A stretch of 56,038 nt of DNA, filler included, from Sphacelaria rigidula (Eukaryota), in the NCBI GenBank assembly GCA_964200075.2. It is 7 parts of 7 records of this genome, joined end to end, with 100 filler letters (N's around TTAATTAATTAA, not from the genome) between each part and the next. Parts side by side here need not be neighbours in the genome. Positions count along the whole stretch, not along the records: positions 1 to 7,921 come from CAXNAA020012968.1; positions 8,022 to 15,942 come from CAXNAA020012969.1; 5 more parts are not named here. The stretch is one strand, 5' to 3'. The position numbers and the translations under genes were made by a program. Positions 1 to 10,379 of this stretch are shown here, one piece after another (the first letter of the stretch is position 1; each line of letters starts with the position of its first letter). A model generated the notes under the pieces. The model worked only from the letters and a program-made list of their open reading frames with translations. It was not told the origin of the DNA and made no database searches.

Positions 1-275
1 CCTATCGTAGGATGACTCGGAGGCTGTCATCCGAATGCAAAATCATCAGTAGGCTTCGAGCCGAACAGTCTTCGCAGGACGCAGCTCACCCCGCATGAGA
101 CTCACCGAACACATTACGGCGCTTCGCGCTTGGTGAGCGATTGCAAGCCTGGTCCGGCGGAAAGCCGGCGTGCTCCGTCCAGGCTTTGTAGGGATGCGAG
201 ATCAACGGCCATATGACTACGGCATGCAAGATCATGAGTACCCTTCCCCCCCCCCCCCCCCCCCCTCCCCCCTCC
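1..275. mobile_element. Fragment of the G/C-run-terminated MITE-like family (body plus one end)
   Basis: gcctggtccggcg...agggatgcgag...gactacggcatgcaagatcatgagtac followed by a C-run; reverse complement of about 24068-24310 and similar to 30300-30540. Confidence 0.75.
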
Positions 276-444
276 CACCCCAGCCCCCAACCCGCACGCG
301 GCTGTTTTCGGCTGTTGCTCCTCGGTAACCCAGATACGAGCCCGCTCCAATATTTTCAGCACATCAAAGTATGCCCACCATGTAAGCGGTCTGTCTGATA
401 TTTAGTGGTATATTGCATTTCATAGATATGGCGGAATACGCTGT

Positions 445-520
445 CACCGTGTGTGTTGCTGTGGTGCCATCCTATTTATTCTGGACGTCAGCCTACACCT
501 CTCGGTATATATGAGCGCAC
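445..520 (-). mobile_element. 3' fragment of SINE family B
   Basis: ccatcctatttattctggacgtcag...gcgcac matches 33290-33340 and the reverse complement of 44310-44370. Confidence 0.55.
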
Positions 521-1099
521 CACACTTGACTACTCGAATACAGTGTTATGACCTTGCACCGAACAGGACGCTGTGTCCGGTGAGGATGAAAAGTCGTGCT
601 AGTTGTGTGCCATAAAAGGATCCTTCCTTCTGTTCTGCCGTACCGTACGGGAGTCAATGCCGTGGCGACGGATTACGGTGCTTGACTTATTTGACGTGAA
701 ACCGCACAACTTGGAGGCCTTAAGCGTGCTGTACGCTTTGTGCTCACTTCCTCCTTTTTACACGAGGACTCATCAACTGTAGGAGCATTTTGAAGCATCT
801 CCGATCGGTCTTGCTTCCTAAATCTTGAAGTTATATATATATATGCATATATTGTGTATTGAGAATCCTACCGACGGGGGGGGGGGATATACATATATTC
901 TTCGCCGAGATAAGGGAAGTGAGAAAGAAGACAGCTGGGCGAGAAAGGGACCCATCTTCACGACTGTTTCGAGCCTTTCTCTTCCCTTATTTCTGCTCTC
1001 CTCGCGTTCACTTGATTGTGTTTGTACTCTCCTATCTTTTCCGTCTTTCCCGTTTCTCGGGGTTTCCTCGGGAAGTTTTCTGTTTGTTTACTTTGGGGA

Positions 1100-1187
1100 A
1101 GCCTATTTTGTGGATAATGACCTCGGCTGGATTCGTCGTGGAATACCTACGGTGATGCGCGACAGTCAATCGAATCAAATCAATCAT
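1100..1187 (+). repeat. Dispersed repeat ending in a (CAAT)n-like tail, probable retroposon 3' end
   Basis: tgtggataatgacc...gacagtcaatcgaatcaaatcaatc; related copies at about 14490-14545, 27920-27985, 28145-28235 (reverse) and 34425-34490. Confidence 0.55.
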
Positions 1188-1260
1188 CGAGATACACAGC
1201 GACCTACGACAAGCCGTGCACCCCTGTACAATTGAACACGCCGAGCCACGCCTGCACTAC

Positions 1261-1400
1261 CTCGGCACATGCTGAAGTCGGCAAGCATGGCCTTCTCCTC
1301 GACAAGGTTGACCAGGATGTTCTCCGGCTTGACATTGGCATGCACGAATCCGTGGAAGTGGACGAAGCGCAGTGCGCTCACCACCTGTCGGAGATACCTG
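1261..1400 (-). CDS. Protein kinase exon (subdomains VIa-VII) with degenerate catalytic residues; pseudokinase or pseudogene
   Basis: Translates RYLRQVVSALRFVHFHGFVHANVKPENILVNLVEEKAMLADFSMCR, matching the H-x-D-x-K-P-E-N and DFG motifs; acceptor ttcttcag ends at 1401 (alternative AG at 1398); candidate donor GT at 1260. Confidence 0.8.
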
Positions 1401-1545
1401 CTGAAGAATTCGATTCGATTGGAGGAAGCGCATGACGGAGGACCGTATAGCTTGAGGGGGTGTTACATTACACTGTTGACACGAACGCATGCACACACGC
1501 TTCTTCAGGCTTGGGTCGTCTCCACTTCGCTTTCTCGTGTCACAT

Positions 1546-1871
1546 CCAACCCCTCCCCTTCCCTTCCTCGGGACGACTCCGCGGTCTCGAACCATCTCCC
1601 CCCGTACACAGGTACATAGCTTACATTTCAGTATCGTGGGTTAGAGCACATTCCCTCACCGCGTCGACTCTCGTCTGACAAAGTCGACCAAACAGACTCC
1701 TTACTGTTTCTACTCACGCCGTCACGTTTTCAAACACGAAAATCAGAGAGATGTTGTGCACCTGAGGGAAAAGGTCAAACCAGACGCATCTATTTGATGG
1801 GAATCGAACCCGCTCCTTATCCGACCTGCAGCACAGTAGTGGTGTCCGTTTATATACCGCCGGGGCGCGGC
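1546..1871 (-). mobile_element. tRNA-derived SINE family A (diverged copy)
   Basis: Minus strand starts gccgcgccccgg and has B-box ggttcgattccc; body and 3' end align to 43919-44200. Confidence 0.7.
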
Positions 1872-2370
1872 GACTATGCGGACATGACATACTTCCTCTG
1901 TCTCATAAGTTAGGGTACCTATGCGCAATACGCTGTCTGGGTACAGCCGTGTTAGGAGTGAGGATAGTATAGTCGGGTTCGTTAGAAATATGGAACGAAG
2001 ACGAAGCTAGAGAAAAAAACGGGGTTCTATTCTTTTACCTAAAATGGGTTAAAATATGCCCTATTTTGGCCTATTTTGAAACTGTTTTTCGAGAACGTTT
2101 TTTTATAATGTTTTTGAGAATTCTCCAAAACTTTTGAAAAGCGTTCAAATTTAGTACCCTACCCACATGCCCACTACACCATTCTGGCGATGACATCGCC
2201 CCCCAGAACACCCCCACCTCGCAAACGGGGCGCCGAGATATCGGTTGGTGGTCGCTACGCAATAGGGAGAATGGTTCTCGACACTTTTTTTCCCTTGGAA
2301 AAGCCGTGAAGTGCGCCCATTTGGGAGCCGACTCTTTTTTTTCGGCCGTCCGGCTGCATGGTTCAAGCAC

Positions 2371-2530
2371 TGTGCGTTGTCGTCCCATCTGTTCTGGACG
2401 CCGGTCTACACAGGAGCATATTTATTTACTTTTAGGACACCACCTTCCTTCTGCGGAGCTTGCATGTATTTTTTATCGCGAGAGGGGTTCAGCAGTCCCT
2501 TTCCCTCGTCGACCGTTCAGTCGAGTTCTG
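2371..2530 (-). mobile_element. SINE family B fragment, truncated where the MITE at 2531 begins
   Basis: caccttccttctgcgg...ccctttccctcgtcgaccg matches 33395-33460 and the reverse complement of 43850-43918 plus 44233-44370. Confidence 0.7.
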
Positions 2531-3045
2531 CAAGGTTGTGTCCTGTAGGGTACGGTTTTCTGTATACCCGGGGTATTTTGCCGGGTATTCACCGTACCCG
2601 ACAGTTCTGTGACTTCTGTAAGACTTTTACCCGAGAGTTCTGTAATCTCTGTGAAACTTTCATACCCATACCCGATAGTTCTGTAATCTCTGTAAGACTC
2701 CCGTACCGTTACCGGGGGGCACGGGTACGCTCTTGATAAGATACCTGATTGCGGGTACGGTTTTCTGTGCAACCTCCATACCCTACGCAACAGTTTCTGT
2801 GAGTCCTGTAAGCCTCCCATACCCTTACCCGACAGTTCTGTGAGTATTGTACACAATTTTTACCCGTACCCAGAGCGTGGGTATGCTCTTGAAGAAATAC
2901 CCAATTGCCGGTACCGGTTTTCTGTAAGCCTCCTATGCCGTACCCGACAAGTTCTGTAATTTCTGCAAGACTTTCATCCAGTACCGGTACCCGACAGTTC
3001 TGTGAGCTCTCTAAGCCTCCCATACCCCTACCCGGGGTTCGGGTA
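2531..3045 (+). mobile_element. Non-autonomous DNA transposon (TACCCG/TTCTGT subterminal-repeat family), left part
   Basis: Starts caaggttgtgtcctgtagggtacgg; many tacccg and gttctgt motifs; colinear with 3729-4308. Confidence 0.8.
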
Positions 3046-3728
3046 TACCGCTACAGATATATCCGATTGCAGGAATGAACACAGGTATATACGTTGGGGA
3101 GGTACGGATATAAGTTCAATTCAAACACAACCTCCTGACCTGAACATGTACATCCCATCGATCAACCCACCCAACTCCTTCATTCAAAATTGTTCACCAA
3201 TAATATTTCACTGTTGAAAAGTTCTTCAGTTTGGGATCTGACGGGATACGAGGTACCACTGAGAGGGAACACGGAATATGAACAGCCCTGCAGACCGTGA
3301 GGATCAATCACCCCCAGACTCGCAAGTGGTGGCTCGAGCGGGGGTGGTTCATCTGCGCCACCAGCGGATCAAGTAGCAAGCCGCACGTCATCGACGTTGA
3401 TGGTGGTTGTGTCGTGGTCATCAAACCCCAGGCCGTTATCGACATGTGCAACACGAGTATATGAGCTGCCACCAAAAGTGGTCTAGCCGTCGGTGATTTT
3501 GTCGCGTGCCGGCTTCCAGACAACGGGCAGCCGTGAGTGCTCCTTCATGTACTCTCTGGGATTGTGCGTTAAACCGATAGATGTTGACAATCCATGTACT
3601 ACTGCGATTGTTCGTGTAGTCTTTTTCTCTCAACCCCGTGAAAGCCATTAAGAGTTTTCGTGACCTGTCATCTGTATTCCGCCACTGTTGTAGTGACGCA
3701 GGTCCCACCACAGGGGTGATGATAATAC

Positions 3729-4308
3729 CAGGGTCATGTTCTGTAGGGTACGGTTTTCTGTATACCCGGGGTATTTTGCCGGGTATTTGCCGTACCCGAC
3801 AGTCCTGTAAACTCTGTAAGATTCCCATATCGGTACCCGACAGTCCTGTAATCTCTGTGAAACCTTTATACCCATACCCGATAGTTCTGTAATCTCTGTA
3901 AGACTCCCGTACCGTTACCGCGGGGCACGGGTACGCTATTGGTAAGATACCCGGTCGCGGATACGGTATTCTGTGCAACCTCCATACTCTTACCCGACAG
4001 TTTCTGTGAGTTCTGTAAGCCTCCCATACCCTTACCCGACAGTTCTGTGAGTTCTGCACAAAATCTTTACCCTCACCCGAGGGGCGGGTATGCCCTAACA
4101 GAGTTACCCGATTGCCGGTACAGGTTTTCTGTAAGCCTCCCGTACCGTACCAGACAAGTTCTGTAATTTCTGTAAGACTTTCATACCGGTACCCGACAGT
4201 TCTGTTAACGCTGTAAGATTTTCATTCCGGTACCCGATGGTTCTGTAAGTTCTGTAAGGAATTCCATACCCTACAGAACGTACCCGTACCTTACAGAACA
4301 CAACCTTG
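3729..4308 (+). mobile_element. Complete ~580-bp copy of the same MITE family
   Basis: 5' cagggtcatgttctgtagggtacgg and 3' ccgtaccttacagaacacaaccttg are inverted termini; a third degenerate 5' end lies at 7711-7770; no TSD recognised. Confidence 0.8.
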
Positions 4309-4364
4309 AAAATTTCGCTCAAATCGGTTCCACCGCCCCATTTCTTCGATCGAAAACAAAATTG

Positions 4365-4561
4365 CTGAGGTCGTGTCTTACGAAAAAAAATCGACTCGAA
4401 AACGTACCGTGGAATCGAATCAGCTCGTACCTGCTGCGCTCACGGCATTCATGTTCTCAACCATCTGAGAAAATAGAAAGCGTGGACGAATCAGGAACGA
4501 GCGAATTCGATTTGACCGCACGTTTTCGACACGAAAACAATTCGATAAGACATGACCTGAG
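4365..4561. mobile_element. ~200-bp hairpin/MITE with ~70-bp imperfect inverted arms
   Basis: ctgaggtcgtgtctta...gctcgtacctg (4365-4433) versus caggaacgagc...taagacatgacctgag (4492-4561). Confidence 0.6.
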
Positions 4562-6207
4562 ACACGCCCTCAGAAACCCAATTCGGGTTAATTACGTAGG
4601 CAGACTGCGTTTGGAGCGGGACGGATTTGCTTGGTAACAACCAATCAGATCGCTCCATTTCGCTTGGGAACCGCCAGGTGAGTATTCTAAAATCAAGTGT
4701 TCGTGCGGTCTGACTCGTAGCGCGTTTCAACCCAAAACAGTATCATAGGTGATACAGAATTGTTCACTGAACACAATATAGTAGTACGGTACAGTACAGA
4801 CGCCCAACGCACGGCACGAGCAGGGGTGTCGCAGCAACGGGCAGCGCGTTGTTTGTCTTACCGAAGACGAAACAATCAACACACCCATGAAGCTTTCAAC
4901 AGTGTGCAGCCATCACTGCGTGCTGACTAACATTGTTTTCTGCAGAGACGAACACAACGCAGTGTTATTCCTTTTCAATATTGCGGAGGCGGTATTTTCG
5001 GAGAAAAGGCGCCCCAACACAGCACAGCTGGCGTCTGATGAAGCTGACAGTTGATGTGTGTGTGGGTTGAAGCTGAAGCTAGGTGTCGACGCAGTAGTTG
5101 CGGCGATCCAATGCATTTTCAGCGCAGCGTGACCTGAAACAACGATTTTGCACGACGCTGAAGCTGTTCCGAAAACTAGAACACTTTCTAATGACAGTTA
5201 TGGAGGGTAATGATATCAAACCCCATATTATCCCAGCCTTATTGTCTGCCTTGGCCCCCTGTCGGTCGAGAGTGGGACCAAGTCGGGGAATGCTCAACAT
5301 TGAAGGTCCTCCATATGTTAGAGGCAGATTCCGTTGGGGTCAAGGCGCCGGGTGGAGCAAGACGGGGCCGCGCAGAGTAGTCAAAGAGGAGAGTGTGTTC
5401 AGCCGAGGAGCACTGCGAACCTGCTCCGGCAGAGGGCAACGTCTCTTCTCTTACAGTGCCAGAGTTACCGTTCGCCTCATCACGGCGGCCTGAAAATGAT
5501 AGGGGGGGTTCTTGTAGTTTTCTTCTATCGCTATCAATCGGATATTCTGCGTCTTGCTGATCCCACGTGAACATATTGACATTTCCCTGACAGGCACGCC
5601 GTCGGCGTTTCGCGAGCTTGACGTCATTTTTATTTGATCTTAGTATACAATTTCCGCCACCTGGGCAACAACCTCTCGCGACAGGTATACTGCAAACAGT
5701 ATCGCAAGTGGTTTGTATTGCAACCACATTTTTTTATACTGTATGCAGTACACATGTTCAGAGCAAATGCCAAGGTAGGCACACTGCGGAATACCGCGGG
5801 TATAAACAGGAAGCGTGGGCAGTGAGAAAATATCTGGCGGCAGTAACGCCAGTCCGTACTCCTGGTGCAGTCTCTGCAACACCGTGGAGCGTGTCTTCCG
5901 CGACGAAAGTAATTGCGACCGACATCTGTCGCTTAAACTTGCGTAAGATATTTCATGAGCCCGGCGCGGCATTATGTGCGGCGACAGTACTGTGCAGTGC
6001 AATCGACTGTTACAGGTAATTCTAAGCAAAGACGGCGCGCGAGTCTTTTCACCGCTTATTCTGGCGGCGCAAGGATACGGAGAACTTTAATATCCTCGGC
6101 GCCAAGTGATGGGAAAAGGTACAGCCGTGGTATAGGCGGCATTTTCATGGCCGGTTCGGCATCGCTTCGCATCGCGGCATACATGCACGAGGCACCGCCT
6201 GCGAAGG

Positions 6208-6475
6208 CCGGGAGCAATATTACGGTAGGGATGCACAATGTTCTTTTTTTTTTAGTTTATAATTGTTAGAAGCCCTTTATGTTATCCCCACCACGAGTTA
6301 TGAAATTCGTGAGAGGACGCCAGGGGTATCTCCCAATGTGTTATGAATATCCCGAATGGATTTACAGACGGGGATGCCCGGAACCATATTCTTGTGCACC
6401 TACAATCGTCAGGACCCCCTGAAGCAGACAAGACTCAGCGGAAAAAGTGCACCCCTACCGTATCATTGCTCCCGG
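6208..6475. mobile_element. ~265-bp MITE family M, copy 1
   Basis: TIRs ccgggagcaatattacggtagggatgcac / gtgcacccctaccgtatcattgctcccgg; body similar to 48133-48396 and 48830-49095. Confidence 0.75.
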
Positions 6476-6730
6476 GGGGAACCTTGGTCTCTCGCACTAT
6501 CGTGACTCCCCAATGCTCGGGACCCAATATTTGTGGCGATCAGTATTTTAATGGTTGTTTGTATACTCGCGGGGATGTGGATTGTTGGTGAAGCACGGTT
6601 CGTGTGCCCAATTTGTCGTTGTAGTTGTAGATATTGTTTTTACATTTTAGACCGTTCTGACATCAGGACATCGCTCTGTACCGAGCATATCACTCGGACG
6701 CTTGCCGCCGCCAAGGACGAAGAACCCAAT

Positions 6731-7481
6731 CATGGGACGAAATAAATTAAAAAAATCAATCGCACGGAACGGAAAATAAATCACACAGATGCGATACCGA
6801 AACAGAAAAAAAAATCGATTTAAAGCGGTAACAGTGCAACGAAAATCAAAGAGAAAAAAAGAGAGGGGATCGTCGGTGCGCACGCGATCGCTTGGCGGTA
6901 GCGAGCCGTGTACACCGCACGAGCGCACATGTCGCAAAACGCAACAGAGGTGTGGCGTGCTCCGCCGTCCCTCGCGCATATCCCCCAACCGCTGCGTGCC
7001 GTGAAAACGTACCGAAAAAATGTAATGCATCGCACCGCTCGATGACTGATACAACCTGGAATGAGTGTTACCGTACAGCACCGCGCCAACAATACTAACG
7101 ACGCCCCTGCACGGCGGCGCCATTGCGCTACATGAAAACCCTCGCCTATATTCCGTCCCTACACCCGCACAAATGCTATCGCACCGTGCGACCCGTAACT
7201 CTGGGCGCTCCCACACAAGTTGCCCTTGTCTGTCGTGGCAATCGCCACCACCATACCACTCAACAATTAGCCGGGCGTCACACTTGACGGGCGGGCCGTG
7301 GCACGTTCAGCACGGCCGTCAAGTAAACTCGCCGCCGGCTCCTGACGTTGAGATCTGCGCGGCATAATCACCGAGTGACCGGCGTTTCTACAGCGATAAC
7401 TTCGCCGGCCCCGTCATGACGGCCGCACTTCCTCCCGTCAACCGCCACGGCCTGCCATCCTGTGGCGCCCTTCGTCCCATG
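6731..7481. mobile_element. Possible 750-bp non-autonomous TIR element
   Basis: 11-bp perfect inverted termini catgggacgaa / ttcgtcccatg; interior rich in ccgt/acgg motifs; no exact TSD. Confidence 0.35.
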
Positions 7482-7921
7482 GACAATCAGTAAAACGTTA
7501 GACTTGCCCGACGTGAATACCTGCGCCAGTCCCAGTAACAAGAGCGCACGTCAGTGGTATGGCGTCTTCAATTCCGGTTATTTTTCAGCATGAAGATTCA
7601 TTATGTCAGACCCAATGCTCACAACTGTAGGGAATTTTTGTAGAAACTCTCATCTGCGGCGATTTTCCATGACTTGCGCGCGCGCCTCATCTCGTCGCCG
7701 TGCGGTTCTCCAAGGTCGTGCTCTGTAGAGCACGGTCTTCTGTACACCTGAGGAATTTTCCCGGGTATTTTCTACCTTTCATTGTGTTTATGCTTCTATT
7801 TGTTCACGTCTTGGTCTATTATACCGTCCCGATCTTTTTTTTTTGCTGTTTCTAGCGGTTCTCAGGGTCGGTTTCGAGTTTTGTTGTGCCTTGGGCGTGT
7901 CCATCATGCGACCACCGCCGA

Positions 7922-8021
7922 NNNNNNNNNNNNNNNNNNNNNNNNNNNNNNNNNNNNNNNNNNNNTTAATTAATTAANNNNNNNNNNNNNNNNNNNNNNN
8001 NNNNNNNNNNNNNNNNNNNNN
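7922..8021. other. Artificial contig linker N44-TTAATTAATTAA-N44
   Basis: Identical 100-bp spacer seen six times; the core gives stops in all six frames; flanking contig lengths fall monotonically from 7921 to 7918. Confidence 0.97.
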
Positions 8022-8039
8022 GGGTGTTGTGGGTTCGTG

Positions 8040-8070
8040 TGGTGGGGGGCGGGGGGGCGGGGGGGCGTGT

Positions 8071-8115
<45 letters not shown>

Positions 8116-8217
8116 TCATTTTTTGCTTGCCTCGGCCGTTTGAGCATTAACTACGCATCCCTTTCGAGACGGATCACCGTTCCTTCTCCTCATAAATACC
8201 CCCCCACCCCCCCCCAA
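8040..8217. mobile_element. End of the G/C-run MITE family with a long poly-G tract at the contig start
   Basis: G-run followed by cactcatt..ttgcttgcct..cgcatccctttcgagacgga; matches 50050-50160. Confidence 0.7.
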
Positions 8218-8459
8218 ACCTACGGCACGAATGTGATTGCACGAAAACAAGGGGTTGATGAGCTTGTCGCACAACCCCATGGTACACACAAGCCGTGTTG
8301 TTGTATGTGGGCGAAAACGTCCTCGACCAACAAATCCGTACGCTATACCTGTACGTTCTCCCGTCTCTCACCTCGAGGTTCCCATCCCTTGGTGAGTGCT
8401 GCAGCCCCCGCTCCCCAAACGTATGAACTACGAACATGAATTGTATTGATGAATTCAAG

Positions 8460-8562
8460 TGGCACTGTTCGGGTACCGTGTGGAGCAACAGCAGCAGAAT
8501 TGTCGGGTGATCCTCGGGAAGTTGTGTCGACCCGATGGTTTTAGAGAGGTTTGGCTCATCAA
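8460..8562 (+). CDS. Possible exon A of an unknown gene
   Basis: Open frame ALFGYRVEQQQQNCRVILGKLCRPDGFREVWLIK; donor AA|gtacgt is phase 2, compatible with exon 8980-9220; acceptor (AAG at 8457-8459) is weak. Confidence 0.3.
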
Positions 8563-8979
8563 GTACGTTGCCACCGTGCAGTGTCGTCTTGTGCCGTGCA
8601 ACACATGTTATACTGTATCGTATGTATCGATCAGAGGGTTTTGGTTTCTTGGCAGCCATCTCACGACTGTTCATCGAACTCGAAAAGTTAGAAAAGCACA
8701 AAATGCACTCTCACACCAAAAAATGCAACATGTGGCGTGTGGGACTCGAGCCGTGCGTGCAAAATGTCGTCCTTCTGCTGCTGTTGTACGAATTTGTATT
8801 GTATTGTTCGCCCTCCCTCAAAGACAAGCAGCCGTACTGTGTGTACGACCACTGCAATATTTTTTTCTGATGGCATTTGGCCAAATTAGAAGCCCCAACC
8901 CTGTATGGGATGCTGATGTGTAAATCACCGTACCTGCTGTCTTTTCCCCGATCATTGTCTGACACTCTATCTGAAACAG

Positions 8980-9220
8980 AGTGGTGGAAGCTGGGCTGCG
9001 ACCCTTCTCACCTGGGGAGTCTCCTGGAGGTGCACCCTTGGGGGGGTCCGTACACCATGCCTTGGACTACGATTCCTTCGTCTGTTTCTATGCATGCGAG
9101 GAGGCCCTACGAGGCGGCACCTGTCTTGCGCGAGATATTCGATACACGTTCGCAATTTTGGACGAGGAATGTCGGGAGAGGATTCGCTTGGCCGGGTTCG
9201 ACACGCACCTGCAAGATACG
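8980..9220 (+). CDS. Possible exon B of an unknown gene
   Basis: Pyrimidine-rich acceptor ending ctgaaacag; 80 open codons (VVEAGLRPF...RIRLAGFDTHLQDT); donor G|gtgaga at phase 0. Confidence 0.45.
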
Positions 9221-9402
9221 GTGAGAAGGACTGAAGCGCGTTTTTTTTTCCCACTATGGAAGACAAACCTAGATGTTATGTGTGGGGTAATGAAATTCTG
9301 AGTTGTTAGTGGAGGTGTGTGGAAGTCCAGAAACACAGCTTCTTCCCCCCGTTTTATCGTCTTTTTGTGGTATTTTTGCGTCGATTCGTTTGTCTCGGTT
9401 TT

Positions 9403-9662
9403 GGTCTTGAGGGATCATCCCATCTCTCGCCGGTACACGCCTTGCGTTTTGGTATTGCGGATTGGATCATGACCATCAGCACTCCCGCACCGCGTCAACT
9501 CACGTCAAACTAACTCAGTCGACTACTTTGTTTACTCACGTCATCATGCCTTCCACGGTGGAAGTCGCATACTACGAAGAAATGACCCAACACATCGGGA
9601 GATCGAACCCTCGTTCTCTCCACCCTCATGGCGACAGTCGGACCATTACACCACGGGGGCGC
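9403..9662 (-). mobile_element. tRNA-derived SINE family A, inside the predicted intron
   Basis: Minus strand has A-box tggtgtaatgg and B-box ggttcgatctcc; body aligns with 43919-44165. Confidence 0.8.
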
Positions 9663-9770
9663 ATTGTACAAAAACATGTTCCACCTTTGTTTGAATTTTT
9701 CACTTTTTTCGTCCGCCGCACGACCTCTTTTTGCTGTACGTTGTCTGTCGCCCTTTTTCGAAACAAAAAG

Positions 9771-10121
9771 GACAATTTGATGCCCGCCAATGCCAGGATG
9801 GCGGGGTGGCTCTGCGAGGAGCTATTTTCTGGCAGAATGCGGGCGTTGAACACCCCCGAACACGCCGAAGAGTCTCCCGTAGAGATGGAATCCTCCTCGG
9901 AGCATATGCCACAGGATGGGGACTTTGTTATGCCTATGATGGAATATCCTCCGACAGCCGAATATGAAGCGTTTTGGGCGTACCCGGTAGTGTTGAATTG
10001 CCCGCCGCCTCAACCTATGGCGGCGATGCAAGGGGAGTTTTTGTGGGGGTGTTATCCTCCACCTCCCGTGTACGATCGTGACATGCCCTTGGGTTATGTT
10101 GGGTGGATGCCTGGGGTTTGA
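9771..10121 (+). CDS. Possible terminal exon C of an unknown gene (Pro/Met/Tyr-rich C-terminus)
   Basis: Acceptor AAG ends at 9770 after a pyrimidine tract; phase 0 matches exon B; reads DNLMPANARMAGWLCEELF...GYVGWMPGV-stop. Confidence 0.45.
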   Translation, partial: DNLMPANARMAGWLCEELFSGRMRALNTPEHAEESPVEMESSSEHMPQDGDFVMPMMEYPPTAEYEAFWAYPVVLNCPPPQPMAAMQGEFLWGCYPPPPVYDRDMPLGYVGWMPGV

Positions 10122-10379
10122 TTCCGTGGATGAACTTAGTGCAGTGCACGTCAGACATTTTACAATACTTACGTCCAAGAGTGTTCCTGGGAGCTGGCAA
10201 TGTTTAGTGTGTTTTGCAGCCGAAGAAGATTGTACTTTCATGACATCCAAAGGCGAGTTGAAAGGGACGTGAGCTTTGCATGTGCGCCTTGGTACTTGGC
10301 GATATGTTCAGTTAGGTGACGTTTTCCTCTTACGGCTACATGTTCTCGCAGAAAGTGAGACACTACTAACTACTGTGGT

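Noticed and set aside
3500..3556. EYMKEHSRLP as the upstream exon of the kinase at 1261-1400
   Set aside because: It resembles the kinase alphaD-alphaE linker, but I found no convincing in-phase donor and the frame reaches a stop.
7966..7977. Periodic TTAATTAATTAA motif every ~8 kb
   Set aside because: It is embedded in N runs and is an assembly linker.
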